In this document: positions 27,666-42,350 of the stretch, piece by piece | Position numbering within the stretch: the first letter of the stretch is position 1 | Layout: the number at the start of each line of letters is the position of its first letter | Assembly: GCF_009834535.1 (NCBI RefSeq) | Contig: NC_045697.1 | Coordinates: 46,068,001 to 46,132,000, forward strand | Reading direction: 5' to 3' | Length of the DNA: 64,000 nucleotides | From: Camelus ferus | Lineage: Eukaryota | Made by a program: the position numbers and the translations under genes | The notes under the pieces: generated by a model | Seen by the model: the letters and a program-made list of their open reading frames with translations, nothing else | Told to the model about the DNA's origin: nothing | The model's database searches: none

Positions 27666-28814
27666 CGAAAGTGTCCATAACCCCCAAATAATTAGAATTC
27701 CTAACCCGGACTAGATGACCAGGTTTCACAGTTTCAGGGAGCACCATTAGTATAAACTTCCTGGGCTTGGGAGTATCAAATATTTTGACACCTATGTATG
27801 TATAAGAATACTAAACACATAGATAGATAGATAATCTTTCTATATCAAACCCAGAGATTCTCTGCTGGAATTAGAAGTCCTTTCATTCCTTCGCTTTTCT
27901 AATAATGCCAAATTTTCTTCTGCAAAACAGATCACAGCACTGTAATCTGAAGGTCTGAACACTGCAAGGCAATCTACATAGAACTACCGTTGATGGCCAC
28001 ACGGAGTTTTTGATTTGTGCAAAGTCCTGGCAGTATCAGAAGATAACCAGTTTCAGAGCATTTCCAACAGCGTATTTATCTTACGTATGGTAGTTTCCTC
28101 AAGTTATTTACATTCAAGTGTAGTTCAATCAATAAAGTTTTTTTTTTTAAATATGAGGGCTATGGAACTATGTATGTAAGAACTCCACAAGTCTACTGGA
28201 GACTCCCTGGACAGAGTGTTTTAAAGATCCACTGCCTGTGGCTTTCTTGTCAGTCAGAAGCTACCAGCCCACATCTAGGATAAGGATACTATGCTGACTT
28301 CACTTCAGAAGAGCACACATTTATTGTTCCTGTTTTTTTTTTTTTAATTAAAAAAGGCTTTCTTATAAGTCTAATATAAATTTGTCTGCTTAGCACTTAA
28401 AGGGACTTAAATGCTCTCACATTCAATTAGATGATCCCAAAGTTTTATTTTAAAATAAAAGCTATAGCCATCTGGAATATTTTCTGCTACATAAAATGAC
28501 AAGCGTTTTCAAAAGGTGTAGGGGATTTCATAAAAAAAGAGTGGCAGGTATACTTATCCTGCCTCAAATTATTTTCTTAAAATGCATTCGAAAACATTTT
28601 TAAAAATGTACAATACATCATACTTTGACCTGACTTCCACCCCTGTTTCACACACAAAAAATTATTTCCTGAAATAGAGATAGCAGTGATTGCTTTTTGC
28701 AATTTTGACAGATTTTTTTCAAGTGTATTGCATTATTTAACCTTCTTTTTTCCCTGACAATGTCAAAGAAAGTAAAAAAGGAATATGTCTTTTTTTAATT
28801 GATGTGGCCAACAG

Positions 28815-28857
28815 ACACACACACACACACACATACACACACACATACACACACACA
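28815..28857. repeat. Interrupted (CA)n microsatellite, intron 2
   Basis: Direct reading. Confidence 0.95.
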
Positions 28858-29803
28858 GTGTATTAACCTATAGCAATTCCATCTTACAGTCTTTCATAAG
28901 GGTGAAAACCCACTGATGCCACTCCTTAAAATTTTTCTATCTAAAAACTTTCTCTTTTCCCCCCTCAAGATTCTTGTTCTAAAGTTCTTTCTTAAGAGAA
29001 GCCTTTAAAGGGATGGCTGTTCAGGCTGTCACCTAGGGTAGAGATGATCAGAACGCTGAGGACCCACACATGACTGGCAGGCCCTTAGCCATTCCAAATC
29101 CCACATTAAAACAGGAGTAAGGCAGTCAGACTGTTTTGGCTTTCTTAATTGACTTCTAATTTAATGTTTTGTCTGAAAAATTCTTCCAGCTACAATGGAA
29201 CAGAACCATTTGAAACAAACATTTCAGTGAGTTATTTCATCAAGAGATCTAGTTTCTTCTGGACGGATCGACTGTTCCTGTCAGTATTCCTGGCCCTGTC
29301 CAGACAAGATGGTGACCCTAAGTGGTACATCTCTGTCCCTTGTGTTACAAATGAAGCATCTCTACAGTAGAGTCACCAGCAGCATAGGCATTTAAATATA
29401 TATACTTTACCATTACACAATTTTGAATTATAAATGTTTCAGGCTACTTGTAATTTTTGAAATCATCTTTGAATTATAAAAAGTCCTTTAGCAAAATATA
29501 TTGTTTTAAAATAATAGAACTGGATTATTTCCTTAGAAAAAGTCAAGTCGACATGAAGACTTTTTGAACAGCTTAGGTGCGAAGTAGAGTGGTAAATCAC
29601 ATTTCAAATAAGCTGAAATCAGGATTCAAATCACCTCCACCCGCCCACCATCAGCCATGACAACAAAATCAATCATTAAAATGTTTGTAAAGAACCCCAT
29701 CTTTGTTTCAAATTCATTTTTTTCATAAATTTATTCAGCAGATGTTTATTGACTGTGTATCACTGTGTTAGTTGCCGCTTTTACAATGAAAAACAATATA
29801 GGC

Positions 29804-29938
29804 TTACAGAGAAAAAAATGTGACAATGAATATACATATGTTCATGTATAACTGAAAAATTGTGCTTTGCACTGGAATTTGACACAACATTGTAAAATGA
29901 CTATAACTCAATAAAAAAAGTTTAAAAAAAAGAAAAAA
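29804..29938 (+). mobile_element. Short 5'-truncated LINE-1 3' end with perfect 16-bp TSD
   Basis: ...gacacaacattgtaaaatgactataactcaataaaaaa plus A tail; GAAAAACAATATAGGC at 29788-29803 and 29939-29954. Confidence 0.88.
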
Positions 29939-31254
29939 GAAAAACAATATAGGCAAGGTTCTGCCCATGTTCTTTGTTGACTTAAATTATTTTTCTCTTT
30001 AATTTTCCTTGATCTTACAAGTGTAAACACAAGTCACAATCAACAAGCCATAACTGCAAAATTAAAATGAAATGTTTAAATCAGCTAATTTCTATGTAAC
30101 TTACAATAGTCTTGATTGACAAAATGAATAAAAATTAAATAAACTACTTTCCTTTGAATGTCCAAATTATTCAGAGGTGGCTCAGGGGGACACTTTGCTT
30201 TGATTCTACTCATCTGACATAGTGAGGGCACACAGTGGATTTTTAGAAGAAAGGTGAAATTTAGTTTAAAGAAAGTAAAACTTAGATATTCCAGAGTAGA
30301 CTAATTTTGCTTAATTGAAATCCAACGGTCAATTAATCCAAACAGAAAATTCTTCCTGAAACAATATTTTTAAAAACTTTCAAAAAGCTCCTAACACAGT
30401 TTTGTCCCTTAGTGAACTTGCCCTATGATGATTGAGAATCCTGTAGCAAATGAGTTGAGGCTATGCTAACACATCCCAATGCTCATTATGTGCAAATACA
30501 GACATAAATCTGCAGTATGTCAAAGAGGCATATAGAGAGCATTGAATCTGGATGAACAGCAGTCACAGCTCTCGAGTTTGTGGGGAATTTAATCAATTTT
30601 AATGCTTTATTTCACTTTGATTTGCCTCTTTCTTCTGAAAAATTTTATAAAGGAGTAATGGACTAAATACAAATAATTAAAATATCATAGAATATAGACT
30701 ATTGTTAAATAATTAAAATATTGTTATAGACTGTAACAAAAACAATTATAGACCAAACTGTGCTGTAAGCAAAGTTTTCCTGCTGCATACATTCCTACTT
30801 CCGGTTCCCCTGCCTCCTTTTAGTGTTTTTTGGTTCCCACCCCTACTCCTTCCGATGGGACTGCCTGGGGCAGATGCCCCAGGCCCAGGCTGTTTTGGAT
30901 GGTTGTGCAGGATGTCCCAGCACAAAGGCATCCACTTTGGTGGTGCGTGAAGTCTGAAAGCCAGACCCTGCTCCAGTTGCCCCCTAGCAGAGAAGCCCAG
31001 AGCAAGGCAGCATCTGCCCAGAGGGGTGCCCTTGACTCTTCATAAGCGTCTCATGGGTCAGTTGTGGCCATACAACGCTACCTCCAGAGCATGGCCATGT
31101 TTCCTGCTTGGCACTGGACATCTGTGCTTCCTGTATCTCAGTCCTTCATGCTGAACAGCCAAAGGAATATACAAGTTGGATTTAATAATCCCTCAACCTG
31201 AGGTAATATAGTGAAGAATGCCAACTACAGGATTTCTCCTCCTCCGAACTTGAT

Positions 31255-31415
31255 GAGTTGACTTAAAACTGCTCAGGAACTCGTGAAAATGCACATTCCC
31301 AGGCCCTGGGTCCAGAGGTTGTTTTAGTAAGTCTGAGGTGAGACCCTGGAATTGCATCACGAACAGCATCCTGTGTGACATTCAGGGAGGTGAGGTGAGA
31401 ACCACACTTGGAAAG
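31255..31415. mobile_element. MER5-like DNA transposon relic
   Basis: aaaatgcacattcccaggccc...ccagagg...agtaagtctgaggtgagaccctggaattgcat...accacacttggaaa. Confidence 0.55.
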
Positions 31416-32499
31416 GCAGGGGGTAGGGTAGGACTTTCCTTTCTGCTGCTCTAAATAGCTCAAAAAAGCTGGGCTGTTGAGGGCTCAAAAAATGTGCCGG
31501 GTGTCATTATTATTTCATTCTCACCATAATTCCATGACTCTTAGGATGCTATTATCTGATTTTCCATCCAGAAAAGTAAAGAAAAGGATTCATCTAAAGG
31601 CTCATGTTTATCAAGTGCCAGGATAAACCTGTGAGTGAAATCTCATCTACTAATTCCTAGCGTCAAGCTCTTTCTGTAGTTCTGCACAAACCCAAGGGCA
31701 TCTCCTAGGCTTGTATAGTCCTACCTGCCCTGAATTTGCTCCATGATGAAATGCCGATGAAAAACAAGAGCCAATCCCCACACCATCCGAGACATAAAAC
31801 ACCATCTCTCACTTTAGGCTGAAATGGATCTTTGAAGCTATAAGTTGATCCATTATACCCAGATTTCTTCAATAAAATAGGCCCTCTAGCCAGATTTACA
31901 TAGTACGACATTAAGGGAAAACTGACATTTACTGCAAAGACAGAGCTCTGAACCCATTTTTAAGCCTGAATTCTTAGGTATTCCATTTTACTGTGTAAAC
32001 TGAAAGCTCTGGGAGGGCAAGGGGAGTTTCTATTCAACGCCTTGACACAGCTCATGGTCTTGACTGTAAGAATGGAGTGCTTAATAAATTATTTTTTGAT
32101 GATGATGATAACTATTACTCAAGCCCCCATTCCCCCTTTCAATAAACATGTCCAGCTTTAGGGGCTGCTCACTCCTCACTCTGCCCCCAGTGCAGGAAGT
32201 CCTGTCCAGACTCTCATCCCCGGCAAGCCAGCTGGCACCCTCTGAAACCAGGAAAGGAGGACGTTCTAGTCCTTGCTCAGGGCTGATCAAGCACACATTC
32301 CATGCCTGTTTCGTAAACTCTGCAATTAGCTTTCCTTCCAAACATGATCCCCTAAAACCCTGAGAAACAGAAATAATTCCACCACATGCTTCTCTATGCA
32401 TCTTTAAAATAAGTTAAAATGTTTTTCCCCAACAGGCAATGAGCTATCAAGCATACTTTATGAAAAGACCAAAGAATACATGATAATCAACTTTCCCAA

Positions 32500-32571
32500 G
32501 ATATATATATATATATATATATATACATATTTTTTTTTTCTTTTTAGAGAGAGAGAGAGAAAAAAAAAAAA
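32500..32571. repeat. Compound (AT)n / poly-T / (AG)n / poly-A simple repeat
   Basis: Direct reading. Confidence 0.9.
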
Positions 32572-35500
32572 GGCACAATAGGGATCTTAGAGATAAGATT
32601 AGGACCATTGGAAATCCTTGCCTCTTTAAGATCTTGAGCCTGGGAATTTTGCTTTCGGATTAGGTTCCTTGGAAAAACAAAAATACAGGAGATAAGGGAC
32701 TACTGTATGCAAGACAAGTTTGAATCTAAAGAAAAAAAAAAGCCAACAATAAATGGGGTTTGAGGCTGGTCTAAATATCTGAGGGGGTCACAGCTGCCTG
32801 ACCCCAAAATCAGAAAGTATTCTAAGAGAGACTGAAGATCTTCAAACAGCTGCCTGAGAGCAAATTCAGGAAACTCTGTTCTAACATTAAATGCTGGATA
32901 CTTTCCAGGCACTATTCTAAGTGTTTTATATGTACTATCTCATTTAAAATGCTCATCTATAGCCGTGCATTGTTACTTTAGTTTTCTTCCTTTTATAGCT
33001 GATAAAACCAAGGGATAGAAAGATGATGTAGAAGGACACAATCTAGTTGTGTCCTTCACCACCACACTCATGAACTTTGACTCTTACATCTGGACCCACC
33101 TCAGATAAATCCAGAAAGGCTCCCTATGGGACTTTGGATAAAGACAACAAACCTGAGGAGAGAGCAAGAACAGAGTGAGGAGGGAGCATGAACAGACAAG
33201 CAGCCAGAGAGATAGAGGCAGAAAGAGAAGGATGCTCAGTCCCACAAAGAACGTCAGCCCAGAAATGAGTTAAGAAAGAGGACAGAGATCCCAGAGAAGG
33301 CTCTGACTAAACCTCATGGCTCTCAGGGAAGCAATTATCTGCTCCTACACTCAAAGATTCCCAAGGCGTCTTGAGAAGGAGACCAGACACCTCCATCCTT
33401 GTAGAGAATGCTGAAAAAACCTGCATGCTAAGCATTTGGCTTCATTGCCTGTTTAGGGTATACCAGTAAGGGTTTTAAGGAGAGTTGCATGTAGATTAAT
33501 ATGAGTTTGTAGACTGAATGCAGGCAGGGAGCAGCGCACACTGAGATGGTTGACCTTCGAGTAAAACTTCTCTCACCGAATTAACAAACTTAGCACACAA
33601 AGGAAATCAGCATAAATGTTGCCTGAGTCTAACTGTTCTAGGCTGATACTTCTGTTTACCACCTTTGTGTCCACCAACGATGAAGCATTTTCTACATGAA
33701 GATTTTCTGTGAACAAAACAGATCTCTGTTCTGAAAGTTCATTCTAAGAGGGTTTCCCCAAGCAACTCATCATCACATTGAAAACCAACATTTATAATAC
33801 TTGGTGATAAGTTCTGTGGCAGACCCATCTCCACCTTTCTAGACTTTAAAATCAAGTACTGGAGATACAGAAGTAGATGGAAAAAAAGATCCCCAAGAAG
33901 AGGTTGGAATGAGAGAAAGAAAGAGAAACATGGAAAAATATTCTAAGGATGAGCCAGAATATTCAGAATATTCATTCTTTAAAATGTAATATAAAAATAT
34001 TATTAAAATATGCAACTATTAATTCCTATAAAATAATAGCTGAAAACAGTGTATTTGTTCCAAACAAAACAAAATATCTTCTTTCAAGCTTTCCTCTATC
34101 AAGCATAATAGCATTTAAAGGAAGAGACAAGTTTGAAAGTATGTAATTCTGCTTCAATCACTTGTTAACTGTGTTCACTTAGGAAGATATTTAACATCTC
34201 TGAGACTGTTTCCTCGCCTAACTATGTAATGAGATAATGTGAGTGAAAGACCTTTCAAAGAAATATGCAAATACTTTATCTCTGCCTAGTAACTAACTTT
34301 TAATAGTCTGATTGTTACTATAAAACCCAAGTTGAAAATCTACAATTATCTATGAATATTTCTTGATACACTATGGATTTACTTTCCCCAGAATTATATG
34401 AATACTTTACATTTATAGTTCACATTTACACTGTAAATAGAACCCTAAAGTTATTGTCTATTAATTAAAAATTTTTCCAGTTTCATTGAGACATAATTGA
34501 CATACAACATAGTGTAAGTTTAAGATGCATAATGCGGTGATTTTATGTATATATTTTTGAAACGATTATAAAGATACTCTTTAAATGTCTCAGCACAATT
34601 ATTAATTTAAAGCAACTCACTAATAACATATTTAATCCTTAAAGTATAAGGGGGTTTAGCCTTTTTTAGTGGTGATGAAACTTTGTAAAAGCCAAAATTA
34701 AATAATTATATTTAAAGTTATAAGACCAACTTTTTAGCATGTTTAACTAGAAACTTAAAACAGGAAAAAAACATTTGGCATAAAACTGATCATTGTTAGG
34801 ATTAAAACTACTTCTAAATTCAACTTCCTTTAAAGAAAATCCACTTTATAATTTAATTAGGTTTCCATTTAGAGAAGAAGTGCTAATAAAAGCTCAGATA
34901 AGAGAAAGTGGGCTTGGACAATTGGTTTAAAAAGAATCCACATAATCATAGGGCTTAATATTTTATCTACAATTCAGCTCAAAGTCATCAGAATGACTTT
35001 TATATCAAAGGGCTTCAGTGAGTGACAAGAGCAAGACTTGCTTTGTACTGTTTAAAAGTCATTATTCCATGAAATAACTTTAGCCTGCCAAGATGAGAAA
35101 GAATAACAGATGCTGTTTTTGCATTATCTGCATTATTTCGGCCAGCCATCCTTAGACATTTGGGTCAAGTTTCTGGAAATTTGTTACTTGCATTTGACAG
35201 AGGAATCATGTATCCTAACCTCTCGGTTTGACCTTTCTAATTGGCATCCATTTGTAATACTTCGCTTTCTGTTGCAATTATCCTTAAGCTGGCCCAAGTT
35301 AGTCTATTTTTTGCATGTACTAGGACATGAATCAGAGTATTTTAAAAATTTAGATTTTCACCAAAAACAAACAAATAAGAGAAAATTTCTTTTCAGGCAT
35401 TGCATATTATTATGATGCTAGATGTTGAACATGTTTCAATCTTTTACAACCTTAAAGTAGATTGAGGAAAAGTTATTCAGTGCAGATGTATTTGACCATT

Positions 35501-37046
35501 GATTTTTATTCTGTATGTGGATTTTTTAAAAATCAAGTATTTTAAAAAATAAAATGGCATGTTCTACTTTCCCATAGCAATGCAGAACTTTGCCTCTTTT
35601 ATAAAATTAATAATAAATAAATCAAAGAGTAATTACTTTGTGAATACTATATTATAGCTTGTTAGAATATAAATAACCAGCTCAGAAAATGAAATAGGTA
35701 AATCTGGTAACAATTCTTGCAATGGATGATCAAAGAAGTTGATGACTTTCCATTTATCTTAATATACTGAAATTTTAGTAGTTTATTACATTTAGATTAT
35801 ATTTAAATTATTATATAATAATATATAATATTTATTAAGCACTTACAATGTACCTAAAACTGTTCTTAAAGTTTAATGTATATTATCTCATTTAATCCTC
35901 AAATAACAGTAGAAATAGCTTGAATTCTATGATATCTATGATAACAAACCACCTTTAAATGCTAAGGAAAGGAAAACTAAAAGTCTTAAACATTGAACCA
36001 AGTGAAATTCTCCCTGAATTTTTTTAAAGGTCTGTAGGGTAAAAGTCATAATTAGTAAGTTTCAATTGATTGCACTTGATTAAAACATCTTATGTATTTC
36101 AAAACCTGGAAAAATGATATTTCTCCAATTTATTTAATGAGAATTAAAGGGAATAAGGATCAAAGGATTAGTTTTAAAGAAGAATTGCTGTTTAAAAAGA
36201 TTTAGTGTGACAAAACCTAGTACACTACAGCAAAAGCATAAATCACTTTTAAGGACTGTGCTTAAGTACTAATACTATAATAAACAGAATCTGTGAGTGG
36301 GAAAAGTCAACTAAATGTATTTTATTATCTTTAAAATGTTTTAATGCTTCCCAAGTAATGCACATTTTGAGAACAAAACATAGAAATCAATGATTTGTAA
36401 ATTGATTACAAAATGTATAAGTGGTCTGAAGAAAATTTTAAGAGTGTAAAATTAGTCTTCATAATTTTAAGAAGTTTTTGATGCAACAAAAATACAAGAT
36501 AAAAATCCCTCAAATGAATCTAATAAAATTTCTCTATGACAGGTCAAGCTCATCTCATTATTGGTTTCTTCCCTCCGTATTTCTTAATTTGAATATGTTT
36601 TATTAGACTCCATCTTTGACATCATGATTAGTTTGTAAAATTAAGTAAAAACATGATCTACTGAACACACACACAATTCACCATAAACATGTTAACTGAA
36701 AATATAATATAATATACTATTTTCATAACATTTCTCCTCACTTGGACCATTTTAAAAAAATAAACAATGACAATCACTTAGAGAATGCTATTTTCAAGTA
36801 CACTAATCCTTAAAACTTTTTGTGGAGTCTCTATTATCTTTTCAAGTAAATAAAATACTTAAATGATTACTTACAAAAACACATACAATTCTCTTGGTTA
36901 AAGGTACATATAATTTTACAAAAACAAAAACATTAAGTAATCTGGGCAAATTGTCCTATCTACCAATTTGGAAAATCATTTCATTCCAGTTTACAAATGT
37001 AAAATCTCTACAACACCTTTAGCAAATATAAAGTGGTTCTACTTAC

Positions 37047-37150
37047 ACTTGCATGGAGTTTTCCTTTTTTTGACATCGCTAAAAATTTGTTGCTGAAAAC
37101 TCCTCGTATTCCTACAATCCCCTGAGACACAGCAAATATTTCCAAAATAC
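37047..37150 (-). CDS. FGF5: FGF5 coding exon 2 (104 nt)
   Basis: Manual translation: (S)[34 protein letters not shown]. Acceptor tcatcctag, donor AGT|GTAAGT; phases fit exons 1 and 3. Not in the ORF track. Confidence 0.99.
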
Positions 37151-40100
37151 CTAGGATGACAGAAATCCCAAAATAAAACACAGACTCCTCTATATATCAT
37201 TGTGAAGAATTAAATTTCTGCATAGATTCTTTCCATTCTTTATTACTGTGATTTTTAAAAGTATTTAACATCCTTATTTTTTGTGACATTCATTATGTAA
37301 AAGAAAAAAATGTCTAGCACTCAAGTATTCTTTAAAATGATAAATTTCAAGGTTCAAAAATTTAGTTGTGCTTCATTAGTAATGCTTTTTTTTTCTTTAC
37401 GAATATGTCACTTTTAGTAAGCAGTGTTTGACCATAGAATCTTTTCAAGTTCTAAAGGAATGGAAAAGACATTTTAAAATGTTTTACAAAATAATTCTCA
37501 TGCATTGTTTTTGTCAGAGAAAATAGAGTACTTCTAATATTAAAGGATATAAAGATTGTACTCAGGACTAGTATAAACCTTGGAAAGCCTTGAAATGATA
37601 CTTATTTAATAAAAGAAATCCCTCTTCTCAAATTATCATAATTATAAAAGTACAAATCAATATACATATCATGATCCATCATTTAGTGAGTAGCTCATTC
37701 AAAGATTACACATAACATACTGAAAGCAACATAAATAATTCGGGATTATTGGCTCAATGAAGTGTTTAATGGATTATGGTTTCAAACATCTTGCATTTTG
37801 AATGACTTTTCTGGAAAAAAATTTAATGAGGTATTTTATTACATTATTGTTCATATTTGGTATTTCATAGTATTATCAACTCGATGTCCTTCTGTCTTCT
37901 GTAATAATTTGAAAGCCCACATCCACTGGGTCAAGTGAGTCACAGACAACACTTCATAGAGAAGATGAAACTCAGAGTCTGTACATAATTGGAATTCCTG
38001 GCTGTTTACTGTGAACTCATATATAATGTTATATGAACAGGAGAAAAGCATAGTGCTTTTTATTAACAGCCTACAACAAATTAAAAAAAAAAAAGGCCAA
38101 AATAATATAGTTCATTAAAGCTTTTAAAAAGGCACCTAAGAAGAAAGGAAGGAAACAAGCAAGGTTGGGAGGGAAGAGGGAAAAAACATCTCAATATTTC
38201 AATCTGTATCTTGAGCACATATTCTAATTAGGATATCTCAATAGGATTGTGTCAAATAGAGAAATTCACCATATTTTCTTAAAATAGCAGTCTTCCCCTG
38301 ATGAATTTGGAGTACATAAAAATTATTCAATTTACCAAAAAGTAGTGTGTTGTGGATATACATATATAATACATAGAATTATATAGATGAATATCTTTAC
38401 AGCACACTTATGTTGCACAATGTGACCTAATAACTATAATTGCAGCAAATCCTGCCACTTATTTATTCAATTTATTTTTAAGATTTGTTAAAAATACTTG
38501 ATCAGAAAGTTCATGGAGGAACTATTGTTCTTGTGATAAGCGTGCTTAGCCTGGGGTAAATAAAATGCATCTCAAGAAAACTGCAGCTACCACTTTATTA
38601 GTGGATGTTTCTTTAAAATGAACAAAAAATATGTAAAAACTATTAGAAAGAACCTACTTTTGCTTTTAGGAAGAAACTCTTAAAAATATGTTTTATAAAT
38701 TCATTTCTTCAAAATATTTTCAAGGTGCTATTTATAATAGATTTTGCTATGTGAATTATTTGACTGTGATGCTCACCCAAAGATTTAGAAGCATTATCAT
38801 TTTATCAATAGTAACAAAGCACATAGAATGCTTTGTAAAGATAAACTTACTATTCAATATAATATGCTATAATAATATTATTAATAAAACATAAATAGAA
38901 CATTGGATACAAAGTTATAGTTCTATCAAAATTACAGAATGATACTGAAAACAACATTAATAATTTTGGATATTTGGGAGATGAGGGGGTGAATGTGACT
39001 ACTGTGTAAACGTGTATCAAAAAATGAGACAGAGAGAACATGAGAAATTGTCTATGTGTAGAATGACAGATGCAAAAGAGACAATATGGAGTTGATAGAA
39101 AAGGAGACTCGATTGTGTGTTTCCCCCAATTTACTCATAGTTTTACATTCTAGAGGTTTTTCTATACCATTGTCTGGAAAATCACCTAGTTTTGTAAATG
39201 CAAATCTATTGTGTATTAGTGAAAAAGAATACATGGTAGCATACAAGATAAAATTCTCATTAAGCATAAGTGTTTGCAGGCTAACATTTAAGAAGCCACA
39301 GAAAAAGGGATCTGTAAATACTTGTTTAATGGGAACACTGCTCTGCCTATGTAAACTGTTGGTTTCTGACAACACATTCTATTTTTAAGAAAGACCTATT
39401 TTTGACTCAGCTTGTTTCCCAACACACTATACATTCTGTATGTACATGTTATGTAAAATTTGCACTGTAATAAGTTTTAAATATGGGCAAGATGAAATCA
39501 TATACGTGAAAGTGTTATTTCACTGCATACCGCATGGCTTCTTTTCTTGTAAGTTCCAGTATAAAAAATGTTACAATGCCTGGAAATAAAAGAATTTTAT
39601 AATTTTAAGAAAATTCTATTTAATTGAAAGCTTAAAAATGTATTTTTACATGTATCATTCTATTTAAAATTATGAAGAATGCAGGAAAGAAAAAAGATGA
39701 GATTAGATGAAATAATAGTTTTTTCACAGAGGCAACTTTGGTATGATCTTCTAGATCTTAAGGTAATTATGCTGTAATATTGGGCACCCTGTTAAGATCA
39801 TAGTCTCCAAAGTAACCCCCAAAGTTATTTCACAATGTCTTTTTTTCTAGAATATTGGAGCATATTCTGCAAGCCTCACAATTCAACTTCCTGCCTCCTC
39901 ACCAAGAGATCACAGGCCTGTTGATTTTACTATGCCAAATCTCAGTAACTCCTTAAAGCATTTTAAACCAATGTGCATTAAATCACACATATATATAAAT
40001 CCCAGAAAACATTTCTCTAAAACTGATTTTTTTTTCAATTTCAGTAATTTCCTCACTCTTATTAGGAGTCAGTAATAATAAACATGATGGGAATTTGCAA

Positions 40101-42311
40101 TTCACATTAAGGGAGCCCAGATGGTGTCCCTAAACAAAACTGCAGATGGCCATGTGTGTCACACAGATCATAGATAGTCAATAAATTTGTTTGCTGAATT
40201 GGATTGTTTCTTTGACCTTCTCACTACCTCTCTTCCTTTTCAGGACACCCCACATGTACACCTGTATGGACACATGTTTTCATTCTCTCCTGCTATTTTG
40301 GCCCTCTAATGCTGAGGAGTGGGGCAGGGGGAGAGGATCAGTATAGTTAATTCATGTTAAAATGCAAGTGACAAAGTGTTCTCTTTCCTAGGGTGTTCAC
40401 ATTTAAGAGGATCAAAAGAAAAAAGCAGTGCTTAACTGAAGGGATTATTAGCTCTTGGAGGAATTTTGGGATTGATATCTAGGTTCAAAGATACAAGAAC
40501 TTGGTGTCTCAGATTATACACACACTATTTAATCAACTCACTCACAAGCATAGGCATGTGTTACAAAGTAAACTTATTCCAGTAAGAAAATCAGTATCTA
40601 GATTTTTTTACTTAGTCCCCTCTAGAATTTTTAATATAATAGACTTTATTATCAGTGGTGGATCCAATTATGTAAACTTCTCCCTTTTCTCTTTTCTTAG
40701 TTAATAAGAATGACAGATACTCCATGTATTCAGAAGCTTTCAACAGCTCGTCTGAAAATCCTCAAAGAAAAATCATTTAAAAATGAAGTTTCTCTGCTTG
40801 CGTTCACACAGCAGGAGATATGTCATATCTTTATCAAATCCGAGTCTTAATAATCCAATTAATAATCCAGTCTTCACTGATTACGTTAGCAACATAGGAA
40901 CATCCTGCTTGAGATTTTCTATATAGTAGATAAAGTTTCTGGTTTATTTAGTCTTTGGGGACTATATAAAGGTTGATACTACATGACATCAAAATTGATA
41001 GTGAATTCAGATTTTTTTAAATGAGTAAAACTGAGGGTTTGGCTTAGCCAAAATACATGATTGGAATTTCCATATTTTATGTGAACACTTCAGCTTTGTG
41101 TAGCTATAGCTTTGAGCTTTTGCTCCCTAAACTGACAACTACTTTATTGCCTATTCTTCAGTGGCTCAAGGTAAGTCAACAGGAGCAGTGTGTTGAAACT
41201 AAACTTGAAAGCATAATAATTGAAGCAAAATATGTTTCTATTCAGTACTAGGATTTTATCATCTGTCTTGACCATCTTTCTTCATCCTTCCCCAGTATTT
41301 CCTCATAATAAGAGTTTATGTACAATGAGACTGATTCTTTTTTCTGTCTTCAAAGCTTTGGAGAACTATTGTATAAGAGAACTATTGTATTTCAAAAACC
41401 TATGGCCAGTGTACTTCTGATGGTGAAACTAGAAGATATACACAGTTTGCAAAAATTAGTGTCCAATGATGGTTGTAAAACATTTATACACACATGTATT
41501 TATCTGTTCTGACAAACACAGAAAAATTTTGAGTTTAAAAGCAACTATTAGAATTCAGCTTCATGGCAAAATTTTGACTCTTTTCTGAAGTAGCAAGCTG
41601 TGACAGAATAATGTTTTTTTGTTTTTTTGTTTTTTATCATTGATAACTCAGACAGTAGAATTAGAAGATGAGGTAAAACTCTGATGTATCCTCTATGGTC
41701 CTCTTGGTCCCAAAACTCTCTTAGTGTCTCTAGAGAGACCTGGACAATTGTTTCCTCACACACTCTAACCAACAGTTTGTAAACAATGCCTTAGTTTACA
41801 TATGAATCAGGGAACCATCAAGTGCTGTCTTCAAAGAGGTATATGACCAACTGCAATTGGCAGGTCTGTTTTTCTCTCACAGCTTCTTAAAGACAGAGAT
41901 TCATTCTAAACTTCCAAATTACATGTTGTCCTTTTAACATGACATATTTCATAAATTCTCCATTGATCAATGGTTGCAAAATCGTATGAAATAGTGTTAG
42001 ACACTCAGACATCACAAAACTGAAAATCACCATGATTTAAACAAGTAAATTTTACTCCTCAGTGAGAAAAACCTGTAGAAGGAAAAAAAAATCCCTCAAT
42101 GAACCCCAAAGTAACCCAAATATCAAGTTTGGTGAGCTAGGTACCCTATGCTGGGTACACGAATAAATGGATGAATGAGTCAGTGAATGATCTCAAGCCA
42201 TGTGAAAGATACAGACTAAACTCTGAAAGGCTGCTGTAAACTGGAATGAATTAGGAAAGTGTTAGTTAAATTAAGAAAGTTTTATTTAGGCACTTTAGTT
42301 TTGTTTATGAA

Positions 42312-42350
42312 ACAAAACAGTGTTACAAAACAGTGTTACAAAACAGTGTT
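42312..42350. repeat. Perfect tandem repeat 3 x 13 bp (ACAAAACAGTGTT), intron 1
   Basis: Units start at 42312, 42325, 42338. Confidence 0.95.
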
